Source: Candidatus Latescibacterota bacterium
GTDB lineage: Bacteria > Latescibacterota > UBA2968 > GCA-2709665
Assembly (NCBI GenBank): GCA_965208835.1
Contig: OZ242358.1
Coordinates: 4,896,001 to 4,960,000 of the forward strand
Direction of reading: 5' to 3'
DNA: 64,000 nt
Made by a program: the position numbers and the translations under genes. Below, piece by piece: positions 10,488 to 19,302 of this stretch; position 1 is the first letter of the stretch, and each line of letters starts with the position of its first letter. Under the pieces are notes generated by a model. The model made no database searches and was not told where the DNA came from. It saw only the letters and a list, made by a program, of their open reading frames with translations.

Positions 10488-12008
10488 TCAGGCCTCAAGC
10501 GCGTTCAGGAACTCATCCAGTTCATCCGAGCGATCCAACGTCTTATTATAATGCGCGACCTTCTCCCCATCAACCAGATCCTTCATATCCACGGAACGCT
10601 GTTCCCCGTTCCGGAAGAAGACGATCCGGTCCCAGTTGACCGATTTGACGTCATGGCCGAACTTCTCAAGGCATCGTCCGCGGAACCAGGCACGGGTGTC
10701 GGCAGGCGGGACGGACATCGCTTCCTCGATGCGATCGTCGTCGATGAGGCGGACCATCTTCCCCTGCGCTTCCAGCAGGAAATACAGCCCGGCCTCCCGG
10801 TCCACGTTGTGATACTCCAGATCCTGGCTCTGAAGCCACGCCAGGTCGTCCGGATTGTCCCAGGAAAGTCCCTCCGCCTCACGAAAGCAGTCCAGCAGCC
10901 ACTTCTTGCTGACCCAGTCGCAGATACCCACCAGGGCCATGGGATCCCGTTCGAGGCCGACCAGCGTCTCCTCCCAGGCGTTCAGCACCCAGTCCGTTTC
11001 CACGTCGCGGCCTCCGAACCGCTCCTTCGCCAACGCCATGTACATCCGCTGCACCTCAACGGACGGAACCAGACGGCCGGTTTTGCGATCCAGCTCCACC
11101 AGCCACTGATAGCTCTGGTCGCGCGACACGTCCTTCAGCGCCGAAACAGGATCCTTCAGGACCACGTCGGGCAGATCGTCGTGTTCCACCAGCGCCACCA
11201 CAAGGGCGGTGGCGCCGACTTTCAGCGCCGTGACGTATTCCGACATATTCGAGTCGCCGAGGATCACGTGGAGCCTGCGGTACCGGCCGGCATCCGCGTG
11301 CGGTTCGTCACGGGTGTTGATAAGCGGCCGCTTGTGCATCGTGTCGACGCTGGCGATCACCTCAAAGAACTCGGACCGCTGTGAGAGCTGATAGATGGAC
11401 GCCCGGTCGCCGCGTTCCACGCCCATCTTGCCCGCGCCCGCGTAAATCTGACGCGTCACCAGGAACGGAAGCAGGCCCTTCACGATCCGATCGAACGGCG
11501 TTCCACGGTCCATCAGGTAATTCTCGTGACACCCGTAGCTGTGGCCTTTGAAGTCGGTGTTGTTCTTGTAGACGCGCACCACGCCCCCGGACAGCATCTC
11601 CGTGCGCCGACGCGCGCAGATATCCACGATCCGCTCGCCCGCCCGGTCCTGTGCCACCAGTTCGAAGAGGCTGAGGCACTCGCCCGTGGAGTATTCAGGA
11701 TGGGTATGGTCATTGTAGAAGCGGGCGCCGTTGCGGATAATCAGGTCGCTCTTCAACTCCTCCAGCGGCACCCTTCGCTGGCGGTCTTTCTGAAGGTGGA
11801 CCTTCTCGTCGGTATCGTTCAAAAGGGATTCAACTTCAAACCCCCGCACGTCCTTGCGGGGGTTCTCCAGCTGATAGTCCCAAAGGGGCGTGAACTCACC
11901 CCTGAGGTAGCACCGGATCAGCTGCATCGACTCCTCCACCACGTCGATCCTCTCCTCGCCGTCGATCGTGATCCCGTATTCCGTTTCAAGGCCGAAAAGT
12001 CGATTCAT
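10488..12008 (-). CDS. dop: Depupylase/deamidase Dop (PafA2)
   Basis: GLETEYGI, NGARFYNDHTHPEYST, KNNTDFKGHSYGCHENYL, RPLINTRDEPHAD. Confidence 0.9.
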   Translation of the reverse strand: MNRLFGLETEYGITIDGEERIDVVEESMQLIRCYLRGEFTPLWDYQLENPRKDVRGFEVESLLNDTDEKVHLQKDRQRRVPLEELKSDLIIRNGARFYNDHTHPEYSTGECLSLFELVAQDRAGERIVDICARRRTEMLSGGVVRVYKNNTDFKGHSYGCHENYLMDRGTPFDRIVKGLLPFLVTRQIYAGAGKMGVERGDRASIYQLSQRSEFFEVIASVDTMHKRPLINTRDEPHADAGRYRRLHVILGDSNMSEYVTALKVGATALVVALVEHDDLPDVVLKDPVSALKDVSRDQSYQWLVELDRKTGRLVPSVEVQRMYMALAKERFGGRDVETDWVLNAWEETLVGLERDPMALVGICDWVSKKWLLDCFREAEGLSWDNPDDLAWLQSQDLEYHNVDREAGLYFLLEAQGKMVRLIDDDRIEEAMSVPPADTRAWFRGRCLEKFGHDVKSVNWDRIVFFRNGEQRSVDMKDLVDGEKVAHYNKTLDRSDELDEFLNALEA

Positions 12009-12057
12009 AGACCGCGCTCAATCTCCGATTTTATGGCAAAAACTGTGCGGTGACAAA

Positions 12058-12262
12058 TGGCGGGCAGAGGGAAGAGGGTAGACGGTAGAAGAAAGGCGGG
12101 TAGAGGTAAGACGGTAGAGGGTAGAGATTTCCTGCCTTGTGCGGCTTCTTTTCGTGCCGGAGGCAAGGAGGGATAAAATAGCCGGCGAGGACATCTTCTC
12201 CCGTCTTACGTCTCCCGTCTACCCGGTCTTCTCCCCCTCTCCCGGCTTACGTCTACCCGTTC
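12058..12262 (+). repeat. Heptamer-armed hairpin element, copy B (inside proteasome operon)
   Basis: Core CCTGCCTTGTGCGGCTTCTTTTCGTGCCGGAGGCAAG; near-identical to the inverted copy at ~37570-37735. Confidence 0.85.
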
Positions 12263-12266
12263 TTCG

Positions 12267-13988
12267 CTATACAATCCGCCGGCCACGCCGGCTGGCTTCC
12301 CGCCCGGGGCGAATCGGCGACGCCCGCACGACGTTTTCGGGATCGTAATCGAGCAGCTTGAGCCAGTCCTCGGTGTTATCCGTTGGCGGGAAGATTTCGT
12401 TCTCCGTGTATTCGGTTTCGACTGCCTGGAGCAGATCGTCCTGGGAGATACCCTCTTCGTATCCGGATGCGATGGACCGGCGGATGGCCATCTCTTTCGC
12501 GCGTCTCACAATGGACTCCATGATCGCCCCGCTAGCCAGGTCCCCCCGCCGGAGGACGTCCTTCCGGCCGCTTCGGAGGGTCACTTCCAGAAATCTCGTA
12601 TGGTCCCTTTTCGAGAAGATCTCTTCCGACGTGCGCGCCACGAGCGTCTCCACGGCCGCGGCGCCGTCCCCGCCGTGTTCTTCCATCGTCTTCCGGTCGA
12701 TCGGAATATCGGGCGTCAGATAGATCTTGAGGATATCGAGCGCGCCGTACCTGTCGGGGCGCCTTACCTTGATCTTCCGGTCGATCCTTCCCGGCCGCAA
12801 TATCGCGGGATCGATCAGGTCGGGGCGGTTCGACGCCAGGATGATCACCACGTCCTGCAGCGACTCGATGCCGTCCATCTCCGAACAAAACATCGGCACG
12901 ACGGTATTCGAAATGCTGTGCGACCGCATGGCGCGGCGCGTGCCGAGAACCGATTCCGCCTCGTCGATGAACACCACGGGCAGGTACCCCTCCTTGCGCT
13001 TTTCCCGCGCCCGGGAAAAGATCTCCCGAATCTGGCGTTCGGACTCGCCGAGCCACATATTGAGGATTTCCGGCCCCTTGATGTTCATGAAACATTCCTT
13101 CAGGTCCAGACCGGCCTCCTGCTGGGCCTGCTTAACGAGGTTGTAGGCGGTTGCCTTGCCGATCAGCGTCTTGCCGCAGCCCGGCGGGCCGTACAACAGG
13201 AAGCCCTTGGGAACGCTGTACTGGAACCTGGAGAACAGGTCCGGATGCAACGCCGGCATCTCGATCGTATCCTTGATGGCCTGGATGGCCTCCTCCTGAC
13301 CGCCGATTTTCTCCCAGGGCAGGTTCGGAATCTCTTCGAGGAAATAGTCTTTCGCCTCCTTTTCCGGCATGCGTTCCAGCGCCACGCGGAAGTTCGGGTC
13401 CACGCGAACCTCGTCGCCCGCCTTCAGGGACTCCGCTATGAGGTCGCTCGACCGCGAAAGCACGGTGACCTGGCCGCCCGGTTCCTGTCCAACCCGCAAC
13501 CGGCCGTCTTCGAGCACGTCGGATATCTTCGCGACCTGGCCGGAAGAGGAATAGCCGAGGTCGCCGACGATGGCGAACGCGTCGTTGACCAGCACCCTCG
13601 CGCCCACCTTCAGCGCCTCCAGTTCCAGCCGCGAATCGACGTTGGCGTAGTATTCGGAGCCGCCCACGCTGATGTATGCCACTCCGTCGCCGGGGGCTTC
13701 AAGAAGCGTACCCACGCGGTTGGCCGGCGCCGTCACTTTCTCGAGAGCGGCCTCCATCTCCACGATGGTCCGCCTCGCCTCCTCGAACGTAATCTCGTCT
13801 TCCTGAAGCTGCCGGCGGAGATGGTAGAGCAGGGGACGACGTTTGTCCTTTTCGTCCATCGACATCAGTATCTGGTCGATTATGGACAGCGACTGGAACG
13901 TGTGCTGCATGTCCACGTAGTCCTGCAGAAAGTCGTCCGGCGACTTTCGCTGGCGAGGTTCTTCGTTCGGGCCGTTAATGGCGCTCAC
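12267..13988 (-). CDS. arc: Proteasome-associated AAA+ ATPase ARC/Mpa
   Basis: N-terminal coiled coil and OB-like region, GPPGCGKT, NIKGPEILNMWLGESERQIR, FIDEAES, DPAILRPGRID, SGAIMESIVRRAK. Confidence 0.92.
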   Translation of the reverse strand: MSAINGPNEEPRQRKSPDDFLQDYVDMQHTFQSLSIIDQILMSMDEKDKRRPLLYHLRRQLQEDEITFEEARRTIVEMEAALEKVTAPANRVGTLLEAPGDGVAYISVGGSEYYANVDSRLELEALKVGARVLVNDAFAIVGDLGYSSSGQVAKISDVLEDGRLRVGQEPGGQVTVLSRSSDLIAESLKAGDEVRVDPNFRVALERMPEKEAKDYFLEEIPNLPWEKIGGQEEAIQAIKDTIEMPALHPDLFSRFQYSVPKGFLLYGPPGCGKTLIGKATAYNLVKQAQQEAGLDLKECFMNIKGPEILNMWLGESERQIREIFSRAREKRKEGYLPVVFIDEAESVLGTRRAMRSHSISNTVVPMFCSEMDGIESLQDVVIILASNRPDLIDPAILRPGRIDRKIKVRRPDRYGALDILKIYLTPDIPIDRKTMEEHGGDGAAAVETLVARTSEEIFSKRDHTRFLEVTLRSGRKDVLRRGDLASGAIMESIVRRAKEMAIRRSIASGYEEGISQDDLLQAVETEYTENEIFPPTDNTEDWLKLLDYDPENVVRASPIRPGREASRRGRRIV

Positions 13989-14061
13989 CTCCGGAATCGA
14001 AATGACAACTCGGAAGAGGGTTTGTCAGGGCTGTGTGAGGGGCTGAGGTGAGAGGTCGCCT

Positions 14062-14209
14062 AGAGGCGGTGAGACGGGAGACGTAAGACGGTAGATGAAA
14101 TCTTCGCCCGATATTTTTTCTCCTGCTTGCCTCCGGCACTAGAAGAAACCTCACAAGGCAGGCAATCTCTCCCGTCTAACGTCTCCCGGCTTACGTCTAC
14201 CCGCTTTTT
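14062..14209 (-). repeat. Heptamer-armed hairpin element, copy C
   Basis: Same core on minus strand; subtype shared with copy at ~51820. Confidence 0.85.
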
Positions 14210-14210
14210 G

Positions 14211-15113
14211 CTAATCGTCCATTTCGCGTTTGAAGGACAACTTCATTTTGGCGCCCGCGTTCTCGACCTTGACGTTGCCCCTGATCACGGTGACGTCCAC
14301 CTCTTTGAACGACACCTTGATTTCATGCGCGATGACGAGCCCCCGGTTCACGTCGATGGTCCATTTGCCCTTTCCCTCGCCCGTGCCATCGACCATAATC
14401 GACACCGCGTTGGAGAATATCCATCCCCGGTACCGCATCTGCCGGGTCTCGTCGATGAGGGCGACCCGGCGGCCCTTCTTCTTCGTCAGACGCTTCAGAA
14501 CGTAAACGCTGTTGATTTCCACCGATCCTTTATCCTGCAGCGCCGGGATAGCGATTTCATGGCGACGAATCCCGTTCCAGGAATCTCCCGATCCGACCTC
14601 CCGTTCGGGCAGGACGGGATGAATTTCCGGTACCCAGAGCTGCTGCAAATCGGTGATGGCGCCTGCGCGGCGCACCTCGTACGACTTGAAGCCGGGTTTG
14701 AATCCCGCCACGTTGCCATCTGCGGTCACGTTCCACGAAAAGTTCCGGCCGTTGAAGATATCGAGCAGATAGGGAAAGTTGCCCTCGCTGATCTGAACGC
14801 GGTCTTCCATTACCGTGCTTTCCGCATCCTGAACCGTCGCCGTGACGTTCGCGACGCCCGCTTCAATCGCGCTGACCGCTTCCCTGCTCTTCCACTTTCC
14901 GTACATCCGCACATCGACCGTACCGGAGGTCTTGTCGTCGTCGATCAGGTCTGCGCGGCCGCTATAGTATTCCAACGTCCAGGAGTTTTTGTATAGGTTC
15001 GACTGTCCCGATTTGTAGACGAAACTGAGCGCCACCTTCTCGCCGTACGCCGTGCCGGCGGGAACGACCAGGGCATATGAGATTATCAGGCAGAGAAAAC
15101 GATACCGGGCCAT
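14211..15113 (-). CDS. Hypothetical secreted beta-rich protein
   Basis: Signal peptide, GGAGGGAG RBS, long ORF; family not recognised. Confidence 0.7.
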   Translation of the reverse strand: MARYRFLCLIISYALVVPAGTAYGEKVALSFVYKSGQSNLYKNSWTLEYYSGRADLIDDDKTSGTVDVRMYGKWKSREAVSAIEAGVANVTATVQDAESTVMEDRVQISEGNFPYLLDIFNGRNFSWNVTADGNVAGFKPGFKSYEVRRAGAITDLQQLWVPEIHPVLPEREVGSGDSWNGIRRHEIAIPALQDKGSVEINSVYVLKRLTKKKGRRVALIDETRQMRYRGWIFSNAVSIMVDGTGEGKGKWTIDVNRGLVIAHEIKVSFKEVDVTVIRGNVKVENAGAKMKLSFKREMDD

Positions 15114-15177
15114 GGCTCCCTCCGTACACTATGGTGGACAATAGCCTGTCGGATTTTAAAGGCGACACAGTTGCTTA

Positions 15178-15206
15178 AGTATAGCCCGGTGTTTTTGGAA
15201 TGTCAA
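15178..15206 (-). promoter_or_regulatory. sigma70-type promoter TTGACA-17-TATACT
   Basis: Minus-strand -35 at 15206-15201 and -10 at 15183-15178. Confidence 0.7.
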
Positions 15207-15283
15207 CCCGTACCGTGATTCGTGTGATTACTATGAAAAAAGCTGATTAAAACCACGGAGAGACTTTGGAAGATTGACAGTTA

Positions 15284-15733
15284 TTAACGGGATTTGCGGG
15301 AGGGAGGGAGGGAGGGAGGGATCGCGGGGTTTCCCTGGGTTCGTTGTTTGAGCATACGGTTGTACACTCTTTTGAATTCCAGGCTTTTTGCACCAAAGTT
15401 GATGAGCAGACCGACGTTCAGATCATACGCCTCGAGGTAGTTCTTGGCTTGCGCCAGGTGGGCGTCGGTCAATTCGACCACCGCCTTCAGTTCAACGCAG
15501 ATGACGCTCTCCACCAGGAAATCAACTCTCCTCAGGCCTATCTGTCGCCCCTTGTAGAATACAGGCATTTCGTGCTCACGACTGAAGGAGATGCCGGCAT
15601 CCTCCATTTCCATCTCCAGCGCATTCTGGTAGATGACTTCACGGAAGCCGTTTCCCAGCCCTGAATGCACCGCCATCGCGCAGCCGATGATTCTCCCCGT
15701 AAACGCATGGTATTTTTCTTTTATGTTTGTCAC
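15284..15733 (-). CDS. GxxExxY protein (PD-(D/E)XK-like); start uncertain (15733 or 15805)
   Basis: GNGFREVIY, RRVDFLVE, VELKAV, GLLINFG. Confidence 0.88.
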   Translation of the reverse strand: MTNIKEKYHAFTGRIIGCAMAVHSGLGNGFREVIYQNALEMEMEDAGISFSREHEMPVFYKGRQIGLRRVDFLVESVICVELKAVVELTDAHLAQAKNYLEAYDLNVGLLINFGAKSLEFKRVYNRMLKQRTQGNPAIPPSLPPSRKSR

Positions 15734-15856
15734 ATCCGGAATTGATGCAAATCCAGGGCCAATTCCGGGATTGACAATAGTTGCCTGTGAGGGAACAGGG
15801 TGCATCGCAGATTCAGAAGATCCACTGCTCTGATTTAATAATATTACGAGGTCGCT

Positions 15857-16164
15857 AAAGGGCGGGAGACGGGAAGACGTAAGACAGCAGAAGAAGTGCG
15901 GGGAGGCGGAAGACGGTAGAAAAAAGGCGGGTAGAGGTAAGAGGGTAGACGGTAGAAGATATCTTTGCCCCACCTATTTTTCCTTCTTGCCTCCGGCACG
16001 AGAAGAATCCTTACAGGGCTGGAAATCTCTCCCGTCTCACGTCTTGCGTCTCACCAGGTGGTGGGGCGGGGTGTGGTTTTCTACCCTCTCCCGTCTTCCT
16101 TCTCACCAGGCGGTGGGCGGGGTGTGGTTCTCTACCCTCTTACCTCTACCCTCTCCCCGCTTTT
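15857..16164 (-). repeat. Heptamer-armed hairpin element, copy D (two G-rich modules)
   Basis: Core plus CACCAGGTGGTGGGGCGGGGTGTGG modules. Confidence 0.85.
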
Positions 16165-16955
16165 GAGGGGGCGGGTGGAGCGGTGGGTATTTCCCCACAC
16201 CGGAGCATGGTGTCTGCGTTGCGCCAGGCGATGGCTTCCCTGACGTCGTGGGGCGCGTCCAGGACCTGCAGTTTGAGCAATGCAGGCGCGGGGGTGTTGA
16301 ACGGCATGCCCGAACCGAAGGCTAGGCGCCCGTTGCCCCAGGCCTGCGTAAGCCCCTGTATACTGCGCTCCAATACCGCGGTAAGGCGGGAGATGTCCAC
16401 CAGGAAGCGGACGTCCGGGGGCAATATGCGCCCGGTGAAGCCAGCGCCATTCAGAATCATCCAGCGGATGTGCGGCCGCAAACCAAAAAGCCGGCGAAAC
16501 GTCGCCGGCTTCAGGTCATCGGCCAGATCCCAGGGATGCCGCTGTCGCCGGTCCAAAATGCGCATCGGCACCTGAACGGACCATCCCAAGTCCGCAACGG
16601 CATCCAGAAAATCCAGCGCCTCTTCGGAATCCGGTTCATATCCGTGGTACTGCGGATACAGGCGAATCCCGCAGAGCTCCAGATCCTCGGCGCACCGGCG
16701 CAGGTCCTCCTCCCATCCCGCGTAGGCCGGATTCAGCGTGGCGAACGGAATCAGCCGGTCCCGGTGGCGCATCACCTGCCTGGCCAACTCCTCGTTGGCC
16801 GATTGGGCGTTCCTGTAGAACACGCCGTGGATTGACGCGACCACCGCCCGGTCGATCCCGCTGCGGTCCATCAGCCTCAGCAGACCCTGTACCGTATTGT
16901 GACGCAACTGCCGGAACGGCCAGTGCCCCACCCACGCGTTGACGTCGATGATCAT
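16146..16955 (-). CDS. Amidohydrolase family 2 metal-dependent hydrolase
   Basis: IIDVNAWVGHWP, GIRLYPQYH, LAFGSGMP. Confidence 0.8.
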   Translation of the reverse strand: MIIDVNAWVGHWPFRQLRHNTVQGLLRLMDRSGIDRAVVASIHGVFYRNAQSANEELARQVMRHRDRLIPFATLNPAYAGWEEDLRRCAEDLELCGIRLYPQYHGYEPDSEEALDFLDAVADLGWSVQVPMRILDRRQRHPWDLADDLKPATFRRLFGLRPHIRWMILNGAGFTGRILPPDVRFLVDISRLTAVLERSIQGLTQAWGNGRLAFGSGMPFNTPAPALLKLQVLDAPHDVREAIAWRNADTMLRCGEIPTAPPAPSKAGRG

Positions 16956-16981
16956 CTCAATCCCCACCAGTAGTCCGCGCC

Positions 16982-18040
16982 TCAGCCATACATATCCTGT
17001 ACGAATTCCCGGTACCCGTTGTACAGAAGCGTGGGGCGCACGAGCGGCTTCGAAGCGTCGGTTGTGATGAACCGCTCCGTCTTCTGCGACCAGCGCGGAT
17101 GCGCCACGTCCGGCTCCACGTTCGCCAGGAATCCATACTCCTTCGGGACGAGCTCATTCCAGAACGTGGCCGGTTGCTCAGCCACGAACTCGATGGATAC
17201 AATCGATTTCCCGCTCTTGAATCCGTATTTCCAGGGGATAACGAGCCGGACCGGCGCGCCGTGCTGTTTCGGCAGTTCATGGCCGTAGATGCCCGTGGCG
17301 ACAAACGTGAGTTCGTTCATCGCTTCATCCATTCTGAGCCCTTCCTGGTAGGGCCACGGCCACTGCGGGTTGTCGAACTGACCGGGTGCCTGGTCCGGAT
17401 TGATGAACGTGTTGAACTTGACGTGTGTGGCGCCCGCTTGCGGCTCCACGGCTTCGATCAACGCACTCATGGGGAATCCCGTCCAGGGTATGGCCATGGA
17501 CCACGCCTCCACGCAGCGCAGCCGGTAGAGCCGCTCTTCCAGCGGGAATCTGCGGTGGAGCGCGTCGTAATCCAGGGTGAGCGGATTGCTGACCAACCCC
17601 TTGACTTCCAGCGTCCACGGATTGATCACGAACTTGTCCGCCTTCTCCAGGACCCCGGTCTTCCCCCGGCTGAACTCGTAAAAGTTGTTGTATCCCCCGG
17701 CAATCTCCTCATTCGTCAGGTTACGGTCCAGTTCCGAGAATTTCGGATTCGTCTGCGCCGGGTACGCCGGCTTGACCTCTTCTTCCTCCTCCTCTTCCTC
17801 TTCTTCTTCCTCCTCCTCTTCTTCCTCTTTCTCTTCTTCCTTCTCCTCATCCTCGTCGGTGGCGACCGGTTCCGGCTCGAACGGCTCGAACACCCGCTCG
17901 CTCCCACACCCTGCCAGCATGCCCGCAGCCCCCGCCGCGCCAGCCGCTTTGAGGAACTTGCGCCGGTTCACGTACACGTCTTCCGACGTGGCCTCGCTTT
18001 CCGGCATCTCCCATCCCCTGGGTATCACGATATTCGCCAT
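16982..18040 (-). CDS. msrP: Molybdoenzyme protein-methionine-sulfoxide reductase catalytic subunit MsrP, Tat lipoprotein with poly-Glu linker
   Basis: NRRKFL Tat motif with LAGC lipobox; YNNFYEF, RLRCVEAWS, PWKYGFKS, HPRWSQ. Confidence 0.92.
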   Translation of the reverse strand: MANIVIPRGWEMPESEATSEDVYVNRRKFLKAAGAAGAAGMLAGCGSERVFEPFEPEPVATDEDEEKEEEKEEEEEEEEEEEEEEEEEVKPAYPAQTNPKFSELDRNLTNEEIAGGYNNFYEFSRGKTGVLEKADKFVINPWTLEVKGLVSNPLTLDYDALHRRFPLEERLYRLRCVEAWSMAIPWTGFPMSALIEAVEPQAGATHVKFNTFINPDQAPGQFDNPQWPWPYQEGLRMDEAMNELTFVATGIYGHELPKQHGAPVRLVIPWKYGFKSGKSIVSIEFVAEQPATFWNELVPKEYGFLANVEPDVAHPRWSQKTERFITTDASKPLVRPTLLYNGYREFVQDMYG

Positions 18041-18081
18041 CGCGTCTGCCTCCTCTTTTCGTCAATAATCGATTGCCGGTC

Positions 18082-18909
18082 TCAACGCTTCAGGGCCACG
18101 CCGACGAAGAACGTATTGCCGGCGGTGGTATTGCATCCGGACGCGATGTGGATCAGATCCATACTCAGCTCCACGCTCGAGTTCAGCTTGTAGATGATTC
18201 CCGGGGAGATCTTCAGGATGTTCTGGTCCCCGATGAGACCCACTGCATCCCCCGGATCGCAGTTTCCGAACGTCCGGATCCCGGAAACAAAGCCCTTGAT
18301 CAGAATCCGGTCGTAGGTTACGCCGGCCTCCAGCGTGTAGAACCACTCGTTGCTGAACGTCCCCCCGCGCACCCGATAGCCCACTTCACCCGTGAAATAC
18401 CCCGGGAGCGGGTACAGGGATTTTCCGATCAGGAGGCGCGCGTCTCCGTCGATCTTCTTTGTGCTCAACGGCACCCGCGTGCTCTCATCGTCTTCGTACC
18501 AGGTCGGGATCTTTCCGCCCGCGGCAACGGACGCAACGAAGTCCCTGTTCCACAGCAGGCGGCGCATCCGGAACTCCACGTCGCCGAATCCCCACCGCCT
18601 CTCGAGCGCGGTTCCCGTCTGGAACGTGCGGGTATCCTTCATATTCTTGTACGGTGCCGTGGCCACGAGCGTCAATTCGTCCGAAATCCCGTACTCGATA
18701 TACGCCGTGCAGTTTACGTCCCGCAATCTGCCCTCTCCGTCCTTATCGACCTTATCCCCCGCGGCGTTTATATCCTGCGTGGTATTCAGGTATCCGCCCG
18801 ACAGCTTGAGATAATAGCCACCCTTCTTCTGGGTCCAGGCGCCCGCGAACGCGAGGGACGCAAACAGCAACGGCAGAATTGCGGCAAGAAATGTGATCCT
18901 CTTTCTCAT
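18082..18909 (-). CDS. Putative outer-membrane beta-barrel protein
   Basis: Signal peptide then AGAWTQKKG, YIEYG, amphipathic beta pattern. Confidence 0.65.
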   Translation of the reverse strand: MRKRITFLAAILPLLFASLAFAGAWTQKKGGYYLKLSGGYLNTTQDINAAGDKVDKDGEGRLRDVNCTAYIEYGISDELTLVATAPYKNMKDTRTFQTGTALERRWGFGDVEFRMRRLLWNRDFVASVAAGGKIPTWYEDDESTRVPLSTKKIDGDARLLIGKSLYPLPGYFTGEVGYRVRGGTFSNEWFYTLEAGVTYDRILIKGFVSGIRTFGNCDPGDAVGLIGDQNILKISPGIIYKLNSSVELSMDLIHIASGCNTTAGNTFFVGVALKR

Positions 18910-19000
18910 GCGGTTCTCCTGTTTACGCCTTATCCGCTTGTTGTTGTGAAAACCGAATCCGGCCAATCTCTTTAACGAATATGGCGGACTTCCGTTCCGT

Positions 19001-19191
19001 AGAAACGGTGAGAGGGGAGACGGAAGACGGGAGAAGAAATCCTCGCCCGGTATGTTTTTCCTCCTTGCCTTCGGCACGAAATGTATCCTCTCAAGGCAGG
19101 ACATCTCTAACCTCTCCCGGCTTACGTCTCACCAGGTGGTGGGCTGTGGTGTGGTCGTCTACCCTCTCCCGTCTTGCGTCTACCCGCCTCT
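19001..19191 (-). repeat. Heptamer-armed hairpin element, copy E
   Basis: Core subtype essentially identical to copy H (~36300). Confidence 0.85.
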
Positions 19192-19241
19192 GTTGTTGGC
19201 TGACGGCTGATAGCTGACAGGCGCCTTTGAGAGATCCCAAT

Positions 19242-19276
19242 AAAAAACCGCCGAACGGAAGGTTCGGCGGTTTCTT
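19242..19276 (-). terminator. Intrinsic terminator
   Basis: AAACCGCCGAAC-GGAAG-GTTCGGCGGTTT with T-run on minus strand. Confidence 0.8.
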
Positions 19277-19302
19277 CGATTCTCCATCTGCACGTCTGCG
19301 AC

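Noticed and set aside
15734-15973. ORFs and N-terminal extensions running through repeats (also 18910-19104, 41454-41570, 57315-57542, 12139-12348, 37428-37676)
   Set aside because: They are translations of the hairpin element; real starts lie downstream of the repeats.
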